Source of the DNA: Candidatus Hermodarchaeum yapensis
GTDB lineage: Archaea; Asgardarchaeota; Hermodarchaeia; Hermodarchaeales; Hermodarchaeaceae
Length of the DNA: 64,000 nucleotides
Assembly: GCA_016840405.1 (NCBI GenBank)
Contig: JAEOSK010000004.1
Location: 32,001 to 96,000, forward strand
Direction: 5' to 3'
In this document: positions 20,411 to 29,274 of the stretch, piece by piece
Layout of the letters: the number at the start of each line of letters is the position of its first letter
How positions within the stretch are numbered: position 1 is the stretch's first letter
The notes under the pieces: model-generated
Told to the model about the DNA's origin: nothing
Database searches by the model: none
Seen by the model: only the letters and a program-made list of their open reading frames with translations
Made by a program: the position numbers and the translations under genes

Positions 20411-21625
20411 ATGGAACAAACGGTTGTTGATTTACAGGAACAACGAATTTCCGTACTTGATGATTTGCTCGAACAAGTAAACGTTACCAGCCTTCTAGAT
20501 TCTTGGGGACCAGAGAAGGTCATCCAAGTCTATGACCCTAAAATTAAGATGGAGGGGATCCTCGTAATTGATAATACGGCGCGGGGTCCTGGTAAAGGAG
20601 GATTTCGAATTAGCAGTGGTGTCACGCCTACCGAGGTCTTTAAGCTCGCGAGAACAATGACATGGAAATGCGCTTTAGCGGATCTTCCATTTGGCGGAGC
20701 AAAGGGTGCAATTAATGCAGATGCTTATTCGATTGATAAAATTCGATTCGTGAAGACTTTCGCCAGAGCTGTTTCCACTTTTTCACCCGATCAATGGGTG
20801 GCTGCTCCAGACATGAACGTGGGTGAGAAGGAGATTGAAGCGTTCGTTGAAGAAATCGGTAGTATGAAGGCAGCGACGGGGAAACCTGAACGCCTTGGAG
20901 GAATCCCTCATGAACTTGGTACTACAGGGTTTGGAGTGGGTGTATCAATTGAATCCACCTTGGAGGTTCTCAGTAAAACGGTGACAATTCAAGAGACACT
21001 TGAGAACCTAAAAGTCGTCATTCAGGGCTTTGGCAATGTTGGCTCAGAACTCACTAAGTATTTGGCGAATAGAGGCGCGCGGATTGTAGGCATTAGCGAT
21101 TACTGGGGGGCAGCATATAACCCGAAGGGAATCGATGCTTCAAAAGCGTTGAAACACGCCTATGCCTGCGATGAAGCTCATTCTATTAAGGGATGTAAGG
21201 GTGCAACTGCAATTGCCAGAGATGATGTCACTTATTTGAATTGTGATATCTTGGTTCCGGCTGCGATATCAAATGTCATCACAGGCCAAAACGCCTCGAA
21301 AATAAAAGCGAAACTTGTTTTTGAAGCTGCAAACAACCCAACAACCATCATAGCAGAACAGACCCTCTTTAAGAGAGGAGTCTTAGTCATTCCCGATTGT
21401 ATAGTGAATGCGGGTGGGGTTATCGGTTCCTATGTTGAGTATATCGGGGGGAGTCCTGATGAAGCCTTCGCGATGATTGAAGCGAAAATCTCACAAAATA
21501 CACGTAAAGTGCTGAAAAGCGCAATCAACAGCGATACTATCACATTACCACGGGCCATGGCGATGAAGATTGCACAAAAACGCGTTTCACAAGCAATGCA
21601 TCGACGAGCAGGTCAAGAATTATAG
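20411..21625 (+). CDS. gdhA: Glu/Leu/Phe/Val dehydrogenase (glutamate dehydrogenase-like)
   Basis: GPGKGG, MTWKCA, GGAKG, APDMN, QGFGNVG, EAANNP and NAGGVIGSY. AGGTG SD before ATG 20411. Confidence 0.9.
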   Translation: MEQTVVDLQEQRISVLDDLLEQVNVTSLLDSWGPEKVIQVYDPKIKMEGILVIDNTARGPGKGGFRISSGVTPTEVFKLARTMTWKCALADLPFGGAKGAINADAYSIDKIRFVKTFARAVSTFSPDQWVAAPDMNVGEKEIEAFVEEIGSMKAATGKPERLGGIPHELGTTGFGVGVSIESTLEVLSKTVTIQETLENLKVVIQGFGNVGSELTKYLANRGARIVGISDYWGAAYNPKGIDASKALKHAYACDEAHSIKGCKGATAIARDDVTYLNCDILVPAAISNVITGQNASKIKAKLVFEAANNPTTIIAEQTLFKRGVLVIPDCIVNAGGVIGSYVEYIGGSPDEAFAMIEAKISQNTRKVLKSAINSDTITLPRAMAMKIAQKRVSQAMHRRAGQEL

Positions 21626-21652
21626 AGAATAATCTGGAATGGAGGTGAAAAA

Positions 21653-21937
21653 ATGGAAATTAAATTAGTTAGAATCCTACAATGCCTAGATCGATCCTCT
21701 TCGGGTTGTCCGCTAGGTCACATAACACGACATACGAATATCCCTGAGCCATTAAGTCTCCTCGACATCTTGGAAGAAAATAATCTTGTTCAACGCTGTT
21801 CATGTGATGGATGGTCACCTACTGGTCATCCACAATTTGAGATTACATCAAAGGGTTCTCAGAAGCTAAGAGAGATTGAAGCTTCCAGTATTCATATTCC
21901 GATTCGCATTTTAGAAAAAGCTTATGTGGGGCATTAA
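21653..21937 (+). CDS. Small winged-helix-like protein
   Basis: GGAGGTGA SD. The pattern LDILEENNLV...FEITSKG is typical of a wHTH wing. Confidence 0.7.
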   Translation: MEIKLVRILQCLDRSSSGCPLGHITRHTNIPEPLSLLDILEENNLVQRCSCDGWSPTGHPQFEITSKGSQKLREIEASSIHIPIRILEKAYVGH

Positions 21938-22320
21938 TTCAACGCTTCTGAGAAGTGTTCGAAAATACGCATAAGCAGTAGTCTTGGGCGATGAATTATA
22001 TGACGAGGGGGCTGTGGATCCTCCCTTCGGCGAATTGTCAACTACCACTAATTGTAATCTATAGCTTGTATATCGCATCCTGTGATACGGGTTCCTAGCA
22101 ATGGTTGTTGCCATCGCTGGTTGAGCAACGGGAGAGGATTGAAGTCCCCTCAATCATGTTTGTGAGTGAGTTTGATGCTTAGTACTACGCCGCAGCTAGA
22201 ACTGAATTTCTCTCCACCTTGCAATAAAGCACCACATGTAGGACAAGTCGTCAATACTTGTTGGTTGGAAACTCGAGTACGGGGACGGTTTTGAGTGGAT
22301 AGAGACGATTGTGTTAGAGC

Positions 22321-22581
22321 TTACGTGCGGCGATCGTGGATGAATCCTATAACGAAATAAATGGAACAAACGATTAGAAGGAGAACGAGTACCGTGACCG
22401 CGCCAACTATTGCCACAAATGGGTCGAGAAGGGGAGATAGGGACCATGATCCGTAAAATTCAAGGAACAGGTAGAAGCGTATGAAGGCAATAACGATTAC
22501 TACGAGCCTGCATTGACAAAGATAACTCCTGAGCTTTGCGGAGAGAGTTTTATCTTCATTTTCAACACTCAAGTACCCCAC
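22321..22581 (-). CDS. Small putative membrane protein
   Basis: 86-aa ORF with two hydrophobic segments; no family recognised. Confidence 0.4.
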   Translation of the reverse strand: MGYLSVENEDKTLSAKLRSYLCQCRLVVIVIAFIRFYLFLEFYGSWSLSPLLDPFVAIVGAVTVLVLLLIVCSIYFVIGFIHDRRT

Positions 22582-22676
22582 CCAACTTCAAGTTGAAGTG
22601 AAGCCTTCTCATGCGAAATGGTTATGACGTCCTTAGTTAATTGGTGTACGAGATAATTTGTGCAGGAGACTGACTG

Positions 22677-23228
22677 ATGCCCCGACGTCCAAAGTATAAA
22701 ATTGAAAATGTAGTGGCAAGCGTAGAAGTTGTTGCAAAAATCGACCTTAACCTGTTAGTTCGTAAGCAAAAAGATGCGGAATACAACCCTGAACAGTTTC
22801 CAGGGTTGATGCTTCGGATCAAGAATCCGAAGGCCACCATCCTCGTGTTTAGCAGTGGTAAAATGGTGATCACCGGATTACGCAGAGAGACTGAGGCCGA
22901 GGCAGCTGTTGAAAAAGTCGTTAGCAAGATTCGAAAGGCAGGCATTACCGTCACAGGCAAGCCAAAAATCACCATCCAGAATATTGTGGCCAGTGGTGAC
23001 CTTCACAGCCGCATCGATCTGGACCTGGCTCAAATGACGCTGGAACGCTGTCTTTACGAACCCGAAGTCTTTCCCGGACTCATCTACCGAATGAAGACAC
23101 CAAAGGCAGTTTTTCTCATTTTTAGTAGTGGTCGAATTGTGTGTGCTGGCACGAATAAAGAATCCATTACGAAGAAGTCCATCTACCTTCTTGCAGATCA
23201 CCTGCGGGAATTAGGACTCATCGAGTAA
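22677..23228 (+). CDS. tbp: TATA-box binding protein
   Basis: Two TBP repeats: IENVVAS...YNPEQFPGL...FSSGKMVITG and IQNIVAS...YEPEVFPGL...FSSGRIVCAG. Confidence 0.97.
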   Translation: MPRRPKYKIENVVASVEVVAKIDLNLLVRKQKDAEYNPEQFPGLMLRIKNPKATILVFSSGKMVITGLRRETEAEAAVEKVVSKIRKAGITVTGKPKITIQNIVASGDLHSRIDLDLAQMTLERCLYEPEVFPGLIYRMKTPKAVFLIFSSGRIVCAGTNKESITKKSIYLLADHLRELGLIE

Positions 23229-23330
23229 TAGTGCTCCATTGAATGCTCCCACATCGACGTTCTCCACGACTGAAGCCGAGGGAGTTCTCGCTGCCTACTC
23301 TAAAAAAATCAGCAACCGTTGCAGCAGGAC

Positions 23331-23374
23331 ATTTTTCGGGGTGTGATCTGCCCCACGTTACGAATATCGAAGAC
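23331..23374 (+). repeat. Intergenic hairpin-TWTCGAAGAC repeat, copy 5
   Basis: atttttcggggtgtgatctgccccacgttacgaatatcgaagac; shares tttttc, atctgc and tatcgaagac with copy 1. Confidence 0.7.
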
Positions 23375-23455
23375 GTTCCTGAAATGTTTACACCTATGGA
23401 GAATTAATCCACAGCTGCTTATATTAAACCGAGATCTCTGCTCCTTCGGTGATAG

Positions 23456-24226
23456 ATGGTGAACAACAGCATCTGTATCAAAACCGAAGGCTTGACGAAA
23501 ATCTTTGGGTCCGTTCAAGCCATCAGAGAGCTCGATTTAGAGGTGAAATCGGGTAGTCGATTTGGTTTTTTAGGTCCGAATGGGGCTGGAAAGACCACGA
23601 CGGTTCGCATTCTCTCAGGGCTCTTAAAACAGACGAGTGGCACTGGCACGGTCTGTGGATATGACGTATCTACCCAGCGTAATTCGATCAAGGCTGTAAC
23701 GGGTCTTCTCCCCGAAACACCTGGCCTCTACTCCAAGCTTTCTGCCGTGGAGTTCCTCGAGTTTATTGGAGCCCTGAATGGTCGTAATGGAGACTCGCTG
23801 CATCAGCGGATTGACCGCCTTCTGGCCATTCTGGGACTGGAAGGTCGCCAAGAGGATTTACTCGAGTCATATTCGTCTGGGATGAAGCAAAAGGTTCTCA
23901 TGGCTTCGACGTTACTGCATGATCCGCAACTCGTGTTTTTGGATGAACCAACGTCACGTCTCGACCCCGCGGCTTCAGCTCTAGTAAAGGATTTGATACT
24001 CCTTCTCGCCGAGGAAAATGAAACGAGCTTTTTCATCTGCACGCACATTACCAGCTTCGCTGAGGATGTGTGTGATGTAATTGGTATTATCAATGAAGGG
24101 CAATTAGTGATCGTTGATTCGCCTCATCAAATAATTGAATCAACAAAAACGAGGAATCTTGAAGAAGCGTATCTCAAAATCGTCGGTGGCAAGGTCGACC
24201 GCCAGACCTTACTTACATGGAGGTAG
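23456..24226 (+). CDS. ABC transporter ATP-binding protein (multidrug/CcmA-like)
   Basis: GPNGAGKTT, YSSGMKQK and FLDEPT. Confidence 0.95.
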   Translation: MVNNSICIKTEGLTKIFGSVQAIRELDLEVKSGSRFGFLGPNGAGKTTTVRILSGLLKQTSGTGTVCGYDVSTQRNSIKAVTGLLPETPGLYSKLSAVEFLEFIGALNGRNGDSLHQRIDRLLAILGLEGRQEDLLESYSSGMKQKVLMASTLLHDPQLVFLDEPTSRLDPAASALVKDLILLLAEENETSFFICTHITSFAEDVCDVIGIINEGQLVIVDSPHQIIESTKTRNLEEAYLKIVGGKVDRQTLLTWR

Positions 24227-25917
24227 CGGAGATGGAGTGTAGATGGCTTCAGATCGCGAAGGCAGAATTTTTCGTCTTGACTGCGAGATTCAAGGGTCAC
24301 CGGAAACTCTTCATGGGCTTAGTGCTTAGCCTTGGATTGCTCTGGGCAGTTTATTTTGCCCCATTAGTAGTGGGGCTCGTGATGGAGGTCCTTACTCCCA
24401 TAACGCCAATTCGTGTAATTCTCCAAGTCATGTTTCCGGGGCTGATGCGTGCAGTGATGCTATTACTGTGGATGCTTCTCCTTATCATCCCCTTAGGTCA
24501 GGCACTTTCAGAGATTAAGATTGGGCAATGGGAGATTCTCCTTGCCAGTAATGTCACAACCCGCGATATCCTCGTTGGAACCTTTCTTGGCAAGATACCT
24601 AGCTATACGTTGTACGTCCTTGTTTTGGCACCACTCTTACTCTCACCTTTTCTACTTGCCCTTCAGGTCTCGCTTCTAGGGCAGCTACTAATTTACACAA
24701 TCCTTACACTGATGATTCTGACCATTAATTGGCTGTCCAACATCATTTGTGCGGCTCTTCAAGCAAAACTAGGTGAGTCCTCACGCGGTAACGATATCGC
24801 CAAAGCCCTCGCCCTGCTAATGGGTTTGATAGCGATTATTCCAGTATTGGGTCTACAGCTCTTCGCCACTCAGTTCTCTGTGATCTTAGGGCTAAACGTC
24901 TTCTTGGTGTTTCCCTTCACCTGGAGTGCTGACCTCGTTAGCTGGCTCGCTATCACCTTCAACGGTATTAACCTTACTGCTTCACAAATAGCGCACTTTC
25001 AGAATGTCCTGCAATTCGATTTACTCACAAATGGGCTACTCATAGTGGTCTTCGGCGTGGTGTGTATTGGTATTGGTCTCCTATCCGCTGAACGTCTCTT
25101 TACATACCAGATAGGGGCGCGAAGCGAAACGGTGAGAACTGTAAAGCGTGAAAACATCCTTCTACGGGGTCTGCGAAAAATCAGTCCTAGTTCCTTTGGG
25201 TCCCTAGTAGTGACCTGTTTTAAGACCTTCTTCCGACAGGTTCAGAACCTCTCTAAGATCGCGATGGCACTTACCCTTTCAGTGATCCTGCCGTTTCTTG
25301 TGATTCTTGTATACGGACAAGGTTCTCCGATAACGTTGGACTCTCTTTTACCAATAACGGGATATGGTCTGGCATTTATGGGTATCATGGCTTTTAGCGG
25401 AACTTCTTTTCTTGAAAGCAAGGATCAGCTTTGGATGATCCAAGCAGTTCCACGGGGGACGTCACGGTTTGTTAAGGCTCGATTAGTAATAGCAGTTCTC
25501 ATTGCTTTACCGCTTAGTCTTATTCCCACAACTGTATTGACCATCATGATGGGGTTGGAGCTATTCCAATTCTTCTGGCTTTTCGGGTATGGCTACGCCA
25601 TGGTGTGCGGCGCTGCATTGTTCGGCACCGGAATCACAGCCTTGAATCCGAACTATGAGGACATAAAATCACCAGTATATACGACGAGTATGATGATCGC
25701 AAATATGATTTGCTTATTCGTTACTATGGCCAGTCCCTTCATACTCAGTGTCATCACAAGGTTCTTCATCGGCGTCTCTCTTGATACTCTTCTTGTGACA
25801 TGGGGTTTCTTGAGCGCAGGAGTCGGTCGAACAATAATCACAGCAGTATTTCTGCTGGTACTCGGTGCACTAGTTGTGTTGGTGGGAACTCGAAGGCTGG
25901 GTCGACCTGGCACTTAA
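24217..25917 (+). CDS. Putative ABC exporter permease (about 12 TM)
   Basis: Polytopic membrane ORF directly downstream of the ABC ATPase. The true start may be 24232. Confidence 0.8.
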   Translation: MEVAEMECRWLQIAKAEFFVLTARFKGHRKLFMGLVLSLGLLWAVYFAPLVVGLVMEVLTPITPIRVILQVMFPGLMRAVMLLLWMLLLIIPLGQALSEIKIGQWEILLASNVTTRDILVGTFLGKIPSYTLYVLVLAPLLLSPFLLALQVSLLGQLLIYTILTLMILTINWLSNIICAALQAKLGESSRGNDIAKALALLMGLIAIIPVLGLQLFATQFSVILGLNVFLVFPFTWSADLVSWLAITFNGINLTASQIAHFQNVLQFDLLTNGLLIVVFGVVCIGIGLLSAERLFTYQIGARSETVRTVKRENILLRGLRKISPSSFGSLVVTCFKTFFRQVQNLSKIAMALTLSVILPFLVILVYGQGSPITLDSLLPITGYGLAFMGIMAFSGTSFLESKDQLWMIQAVPRGTSRFVKARLVIAVLIALPLSLIPTTVLTIMMGLELFQFFWLFGYGYAMVCGAALFGTGITALNPNYEDIKSPVYTTSMMIANMICLFVTMASPFILSVITRFFIGVSLDTLLVTWGFLSAGVGRTIITAVFLLVLGALVVLVGTRRLGRPGT

Positions 25918-26083
25918 TTTGAATAAGGAGGAACAAAGCAACTTTATACAGGCTACAACTCCTGTAGACTTTGAATCGGTCATGACCTTTCATACCGGTT
26001 CATCGTCTTCAGGAATATACTGGTCAATGAGTGAAATGGATTTCCGAATGAAGCTGTTGGTTGATGGAAGGTGAACGAGTGGA

Positions 26084-26815
26084 TTGAAACAGGCGGAATT
26101 CAGTGCAAACGGTGTACTTAGTAGTCAAAGAGAGCTGTTACCACGGTTGTATCAGAGCCATCGCCTTTTCGTAATTAACTTCTTTGCCTCACTATTGATG
26201 GTTCCTCTCTGGTTTCTCTGGGTAATCTTCTTCGCAGCAGTGATTGCAGAATCTTTTCAGTGGTTTCTCCTAATAACTGCGCCAATATGGATTGCAATAC
26301 CACTTACTGTTTTTATTTTTGGATATAGCGGGAAAGCATTTTTTGTTTATATGCGATCTGCAAAACACTTCTTAGATAATGCAAAAGTGGATGTCAATGC
26401 CTCTAGGACTGCTGAAGATTTCACTACGTATATGAATCTCCTTTTCCCAGTTCTTCTCCCTTCGATGACATCGACACCCAATTCTACGCAGCAAGAACAG
26501 GAGCGAATCCACAAAATAATTCGAAACTTAAAGAGGGCACCGATCATAGAAGGGGCGATTCTTGGAATCCTTATCTTTAGCTTTGTCAGTTTCTTCGTCA
26601 GACATCCGTATCTCCTTCCCCGCCTTCTTCTTACACTGATTATTCCATTTCTCTGTTTCAACTTCGCTATTATGGTAATCCGACTTGGAATTTTCCTTAG
26701 GTGGCGACAATATGTTAGCCGCTGGCTGAATCTTTATGACAGCCTCACCACTTGGCAGGCAAATCTTGAGTTAAAAATCCAACAAAACGCGAACAGTATC
26801 CAGAGGGAGATTTGA
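26084..26815 (+). CDS. Hypothetical membrane protein (about 4 TM)
   Basis: Hydrophobic 243-aa ORF overlapping the next gene. Confidence 0.65.
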   Translation: MKQAEFSANGVLSSQRELLPRLYQSHRLFVINFFASLLMVPLWFLWVIFFAAVIAESFQWFLLITAPIWIAIPLTVFIFGYSGKAFFVYMRSAKHFLDNAKVDVNASRTAEDFTTYMNLLFPVLLPSMTSTPNSTQQEQERIHKIIRNLKRAPIIEGAILGILIFSFVSFFVRHPYLLPRLLLTLIIPFLCFNFAIMVIRLGIFLRWRQYVSRWLNLYDSLTTWQANLELKIQQNANSIQREI

Positions 26816-27255
26816 TGCCAAAAACATCTACCGCCTCTGATAAAACAAGTTACAAGGCACCTCGTCGAGGGAAATTCGAGATATGGTCAGCATTATTAGA
26901 AGCGTGTCTTCGAATCCCGCGAACACAAAGTTGGCTCATGCGGAAAGTTGGCCTCAACACAGCTACCGCCAAAGAAGCACTGAGTAGTCTCACCAGGGGA
27001 AGACTTCTTGAGCAAGAAAGTGAACCCAAAGTGGGTATTTTTGAATATAAGACCACTGAGAAAGGAAAAGCCGCTCTAGCCCAATATTACCAACTAATTA
27101 CATCCTTCTTCGGAACCAGCCACAAAAGCCGAGTGAAGCAATATATGATCGTCTTGCTTTTCGCCCTCTCCTCTTGCTTTGTCTATGGGCAAATCGTTTT
27201 TCGGCAAGTGTACAGTTTCCTTGCAGGGGGAGACTCGGATCATACTCCTATTTGA
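26812..27255 (+). CDS. Archaeal winged-helix (HTH_45-like) regulator
   Basis: RRGKFEIWSALLEAC...LMRKVGLN...YKTTEKG. Confidence 0.8.
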   Translation: MMPKTSTASDKTSYKAPRRGKFEIWSALLEACLRIPRTQSWLMRKVGLNTATAKEALSSLTRGRLLEQESEPKVGIFEYKTTEKGKAALAQYYQLITSFFGTSHKSRVKQYMIVLLFALSSCFVYGQIVFRQVYSFLAGGDSDHTPI

Positions 27256-27294
27256 AAAATAAATTTTCGTGCAATTCTTTTGAATTTCGAAGAC
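27250..27294 (+). repeat. Intergenic hairpin-TWTCGAAGAC repeat, copy 6
   Basis: gcaattcttttgaatttcgaagac is 20/24 identical to 17590-17613. It abuts the GNAT stop codon. Confidence 0.75.
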
Positions 27295-27858
27295 TTACTT
27301 TTCGTTGCTTTTTGCCATGCTTTTTTCGTAAAAACAGCTCTCTTTGTGTGTAGCTGCGAGCTTGTAACCACAAGAGTCGTATAATATGCGTGCGGCTTTA
27401 TTCGATTCAATTACGTGTAGCCCGATGAGTTTCAGACCCTCACTCCTTGTCCACTCTTCGATTTTTTCCAAGAGTAATTTTGCCAGACCCTGTCTGCGAA
27501 ATCTAAGCACAACATGCAGATTATAAATCCACGTTAATGGTTCCTTAAATCGCCAAAATGGCCCACGATGGCACACCCATACTAGCCCAACTGGTTGTCC
27601 TTCACTGGTTTCTCCAATGAACACCACATGATCTGGACTAGACATATCCACCGGATCGTTCTTATCGAATTCCTCATATTTTCGCTTTATTTCTTCTTCT
27701 GATAAGGAATCTGCGTCTGTGAGTGTCCCTTTATATGATTCAAGTTGACAGTAGTCGAAGAACGCTTGATCCGTTTGGCGATTCCATTCTCGAATATGAA
27801 ATTTCAAAGAGAGACCTTCTTCTGCATTGATTTCTATGTGTTCGTGTATCTTATCCAT
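27295..27858 (-). CDS. GNAT family acetyltransferase
   Basis: FRRQGLAKLLL acetyl-CoA motif and NKAARILYDSCGY. Confidence 0.9.
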   Translation of the reverse strand: MDKIHEHIEINAEEGLSLKFHIREWNRQTDQAFFDYCQLESYKGTLTDADSLSEEEIKRKYEEFDKNDPVDMSSPDHVVFIGETSEGQPVGLVWVCHRGPFWRFKEPLTWIYNLHVVLRFRRQGLAKLLLEKIEEWTRSEGLKLIGLHVIESNKAARILYDSCGYKLAATHKESCFYEKSMAKSNEK

Positions 27859-27990
27859 TTTTACATCAAGTGTTTATGAGTAATGATTTAATGGTGAGGG
27901 ATATTTGGCTAATAGTGTGACAAGTCAGAAGTATCATTCTGATGTTTAATGTCAAACAAGTTCTACGTGTCAAAAATATTAAGTGAGAAT

Positions 27991-28596
27991 TTATTCAACT
28001 GTGTCGTTTGATTTTTCCTGAAGAACTTCAACGAGTTTGTACGAGTCCCAGAGATCACCTTGGAATCTAGCAAAAGGAATAATTAGTATAAATTGGACCG
28101 CAAACATGACTAATAACCGGATTATTACGATTGCTAGTGGACCCCAGAGAAGGATTATTGCGTTTTCTATCAGGACAAATGTTGGAGCGAAGAGTTTTGA
28201 AACTGTGAAAGACGCGAGGTTAATGAGGAATAATCCAAAGCTGAATATGAAGTACAAGAGCAGTTGGAGCGTGCTTCGTAGACTTCGGTGAGAATTATGT
28301 CTGAGTTCAACGAATTTTTCTGCAGGGAATTCTTCAGTTTTAACCTTGAGCAACTCTTTCGCCAAATAGAAATTAATTTCGTGACTGATGATAGAACCCA
28401 TAATGGCTAGTCCTAGAGCGTAGGTGATTGTGAGAAACATCATCAGGGGCATCCCCCAGGCTGTGAGAAATTCATGGGGGTATTCAAGGATGTAAATCAC
28501 GACAACGAATAAGAAACCCAGTAGAATCCCAACCAGTGCGAGAATCGCGTCAAAATGGACATCTGGTCGTTGAAGTTTTGTAGGTTTTGTCGTCAT
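27991..28596 (-). CDS. Hypothetical membrane protein (about 4 TM)
   Basis: 201-aa hydrophobic ORF. Confidence 0.65.
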   Translation of the reverse strand: MTTKPTKLQRPDVHFDAILALVGILLGFLFVVVIYILEYPHEFLTAWGMPLMMFLTITYALGLAIMGSIISHEINFYLAKELLKVKTEEFPAEKFVELRHNSHRSLRSTLQLLLYFIFSFGLFLINLASFTVSKLFAPTFVLIENAIILLWGPLAIVIIRLLVMFAVQFILIIPFARFQGDLWDSYKLVEVLQEKSNDTVE

Positions 28597-28806
28597 TTGA
28601 AACCTTCCGATTGGTTCAATTTGATTTTAATTCTTAAAAACTTGAATCGGGGAGATATATTGAATTTGTTCTTAAGAATGAATTCTTTATGATGGTGTGA
28701 AGAATCTAACTTTACCTACTAAGACGTACAAACAGACCGGGTCGGTTGAAGATCACCTCGAAGTGAGTAAATTCTGAATTAATAGTGTTTGTGATGGTGT
28801 CGTGGT

Positions 28807-29001
28807 TTATTCTAGTTTGACCTTGACGGCTTTGAGGCCGCGGTCGCCTTCTTCAACTTCAAAGGTGACTTTGTCGCCTTCGTTGAGGACCTTTTCGCCT
28901 TCGACTTCGCTTCCGTGAACAAATACGTCTGTTCCGGATTCTCGTTCGATGAAGCCGTAGTTTCGGTCGCGGTTAAACCATTTGACAGTTCCTTTTTCCA
29001 T
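28807..29001 (-). CDS. csp: Cold-shock domain protein
   Basis: GTVKWFN, YGFI and DVFVH RNP motifs. GAGGTGA SD upstream of ATG 29001. Confidence 0.95.
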   Translation of the reverse strand: MEKGTVKWFNRDRNYGFIERESGTDVFVHGSEVEGEKVLNEGDKVTFEVEEGDRGLKAVKVKLE

Positions 29002-29006
29002 ATGAT

Positions 29007-29101
29007 TCACCTCGATTGTCTTCAGTTAGGTGAGGTTCCCTTTCGGGAGGTTTGGCTGTGTCACGCAGCCGTGCTTTTCCCACGAATAGTATTCTAGGGA
29101 A
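29007..29101 (-). promoter_or_regulatory. Structured 5' leader of the cold-shock gene
   Basis: Four consecutive stem-loops, including UCCC-GAAA-GGGA and an anti-SD UCACCU pairing with AGGUGA. Confidence 0.5.
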
Positions 29102-29274
29102 TTGCTGCATAGCACGATAAGTAAAATTTCTGATAAAAAACGAAATTGTCCTATTTGCTACTATGCAATGCTACAAATATGTGCTATATAGGGGTTTCGA
29201 TGGTGTATAATGTTGTAAGTAGACTATGCCTCATTCAAACAATTTGGTAAACGATTGGGAAAGAGTATTGAGAA

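Noticed and set aside
21990-22160. Short hairpins in the intergenic stretch after the small wHTH gene
   Set aside because: The stems are short and imperfect with no recognisable motif, so they are not distinguishable from chance.
15225-27294. Repeats interpreted as a CRISPR array
   Set aside because: Copies are kilobases apart, separated by whole genes, and too divergent; there are no cas genes.
29037-29056. GCCAAACC...GAAA similarity of the csp leader to a c-di-GMP-I riboswitch
   Set aside because: The second stem and tetraloop receptor are absent.
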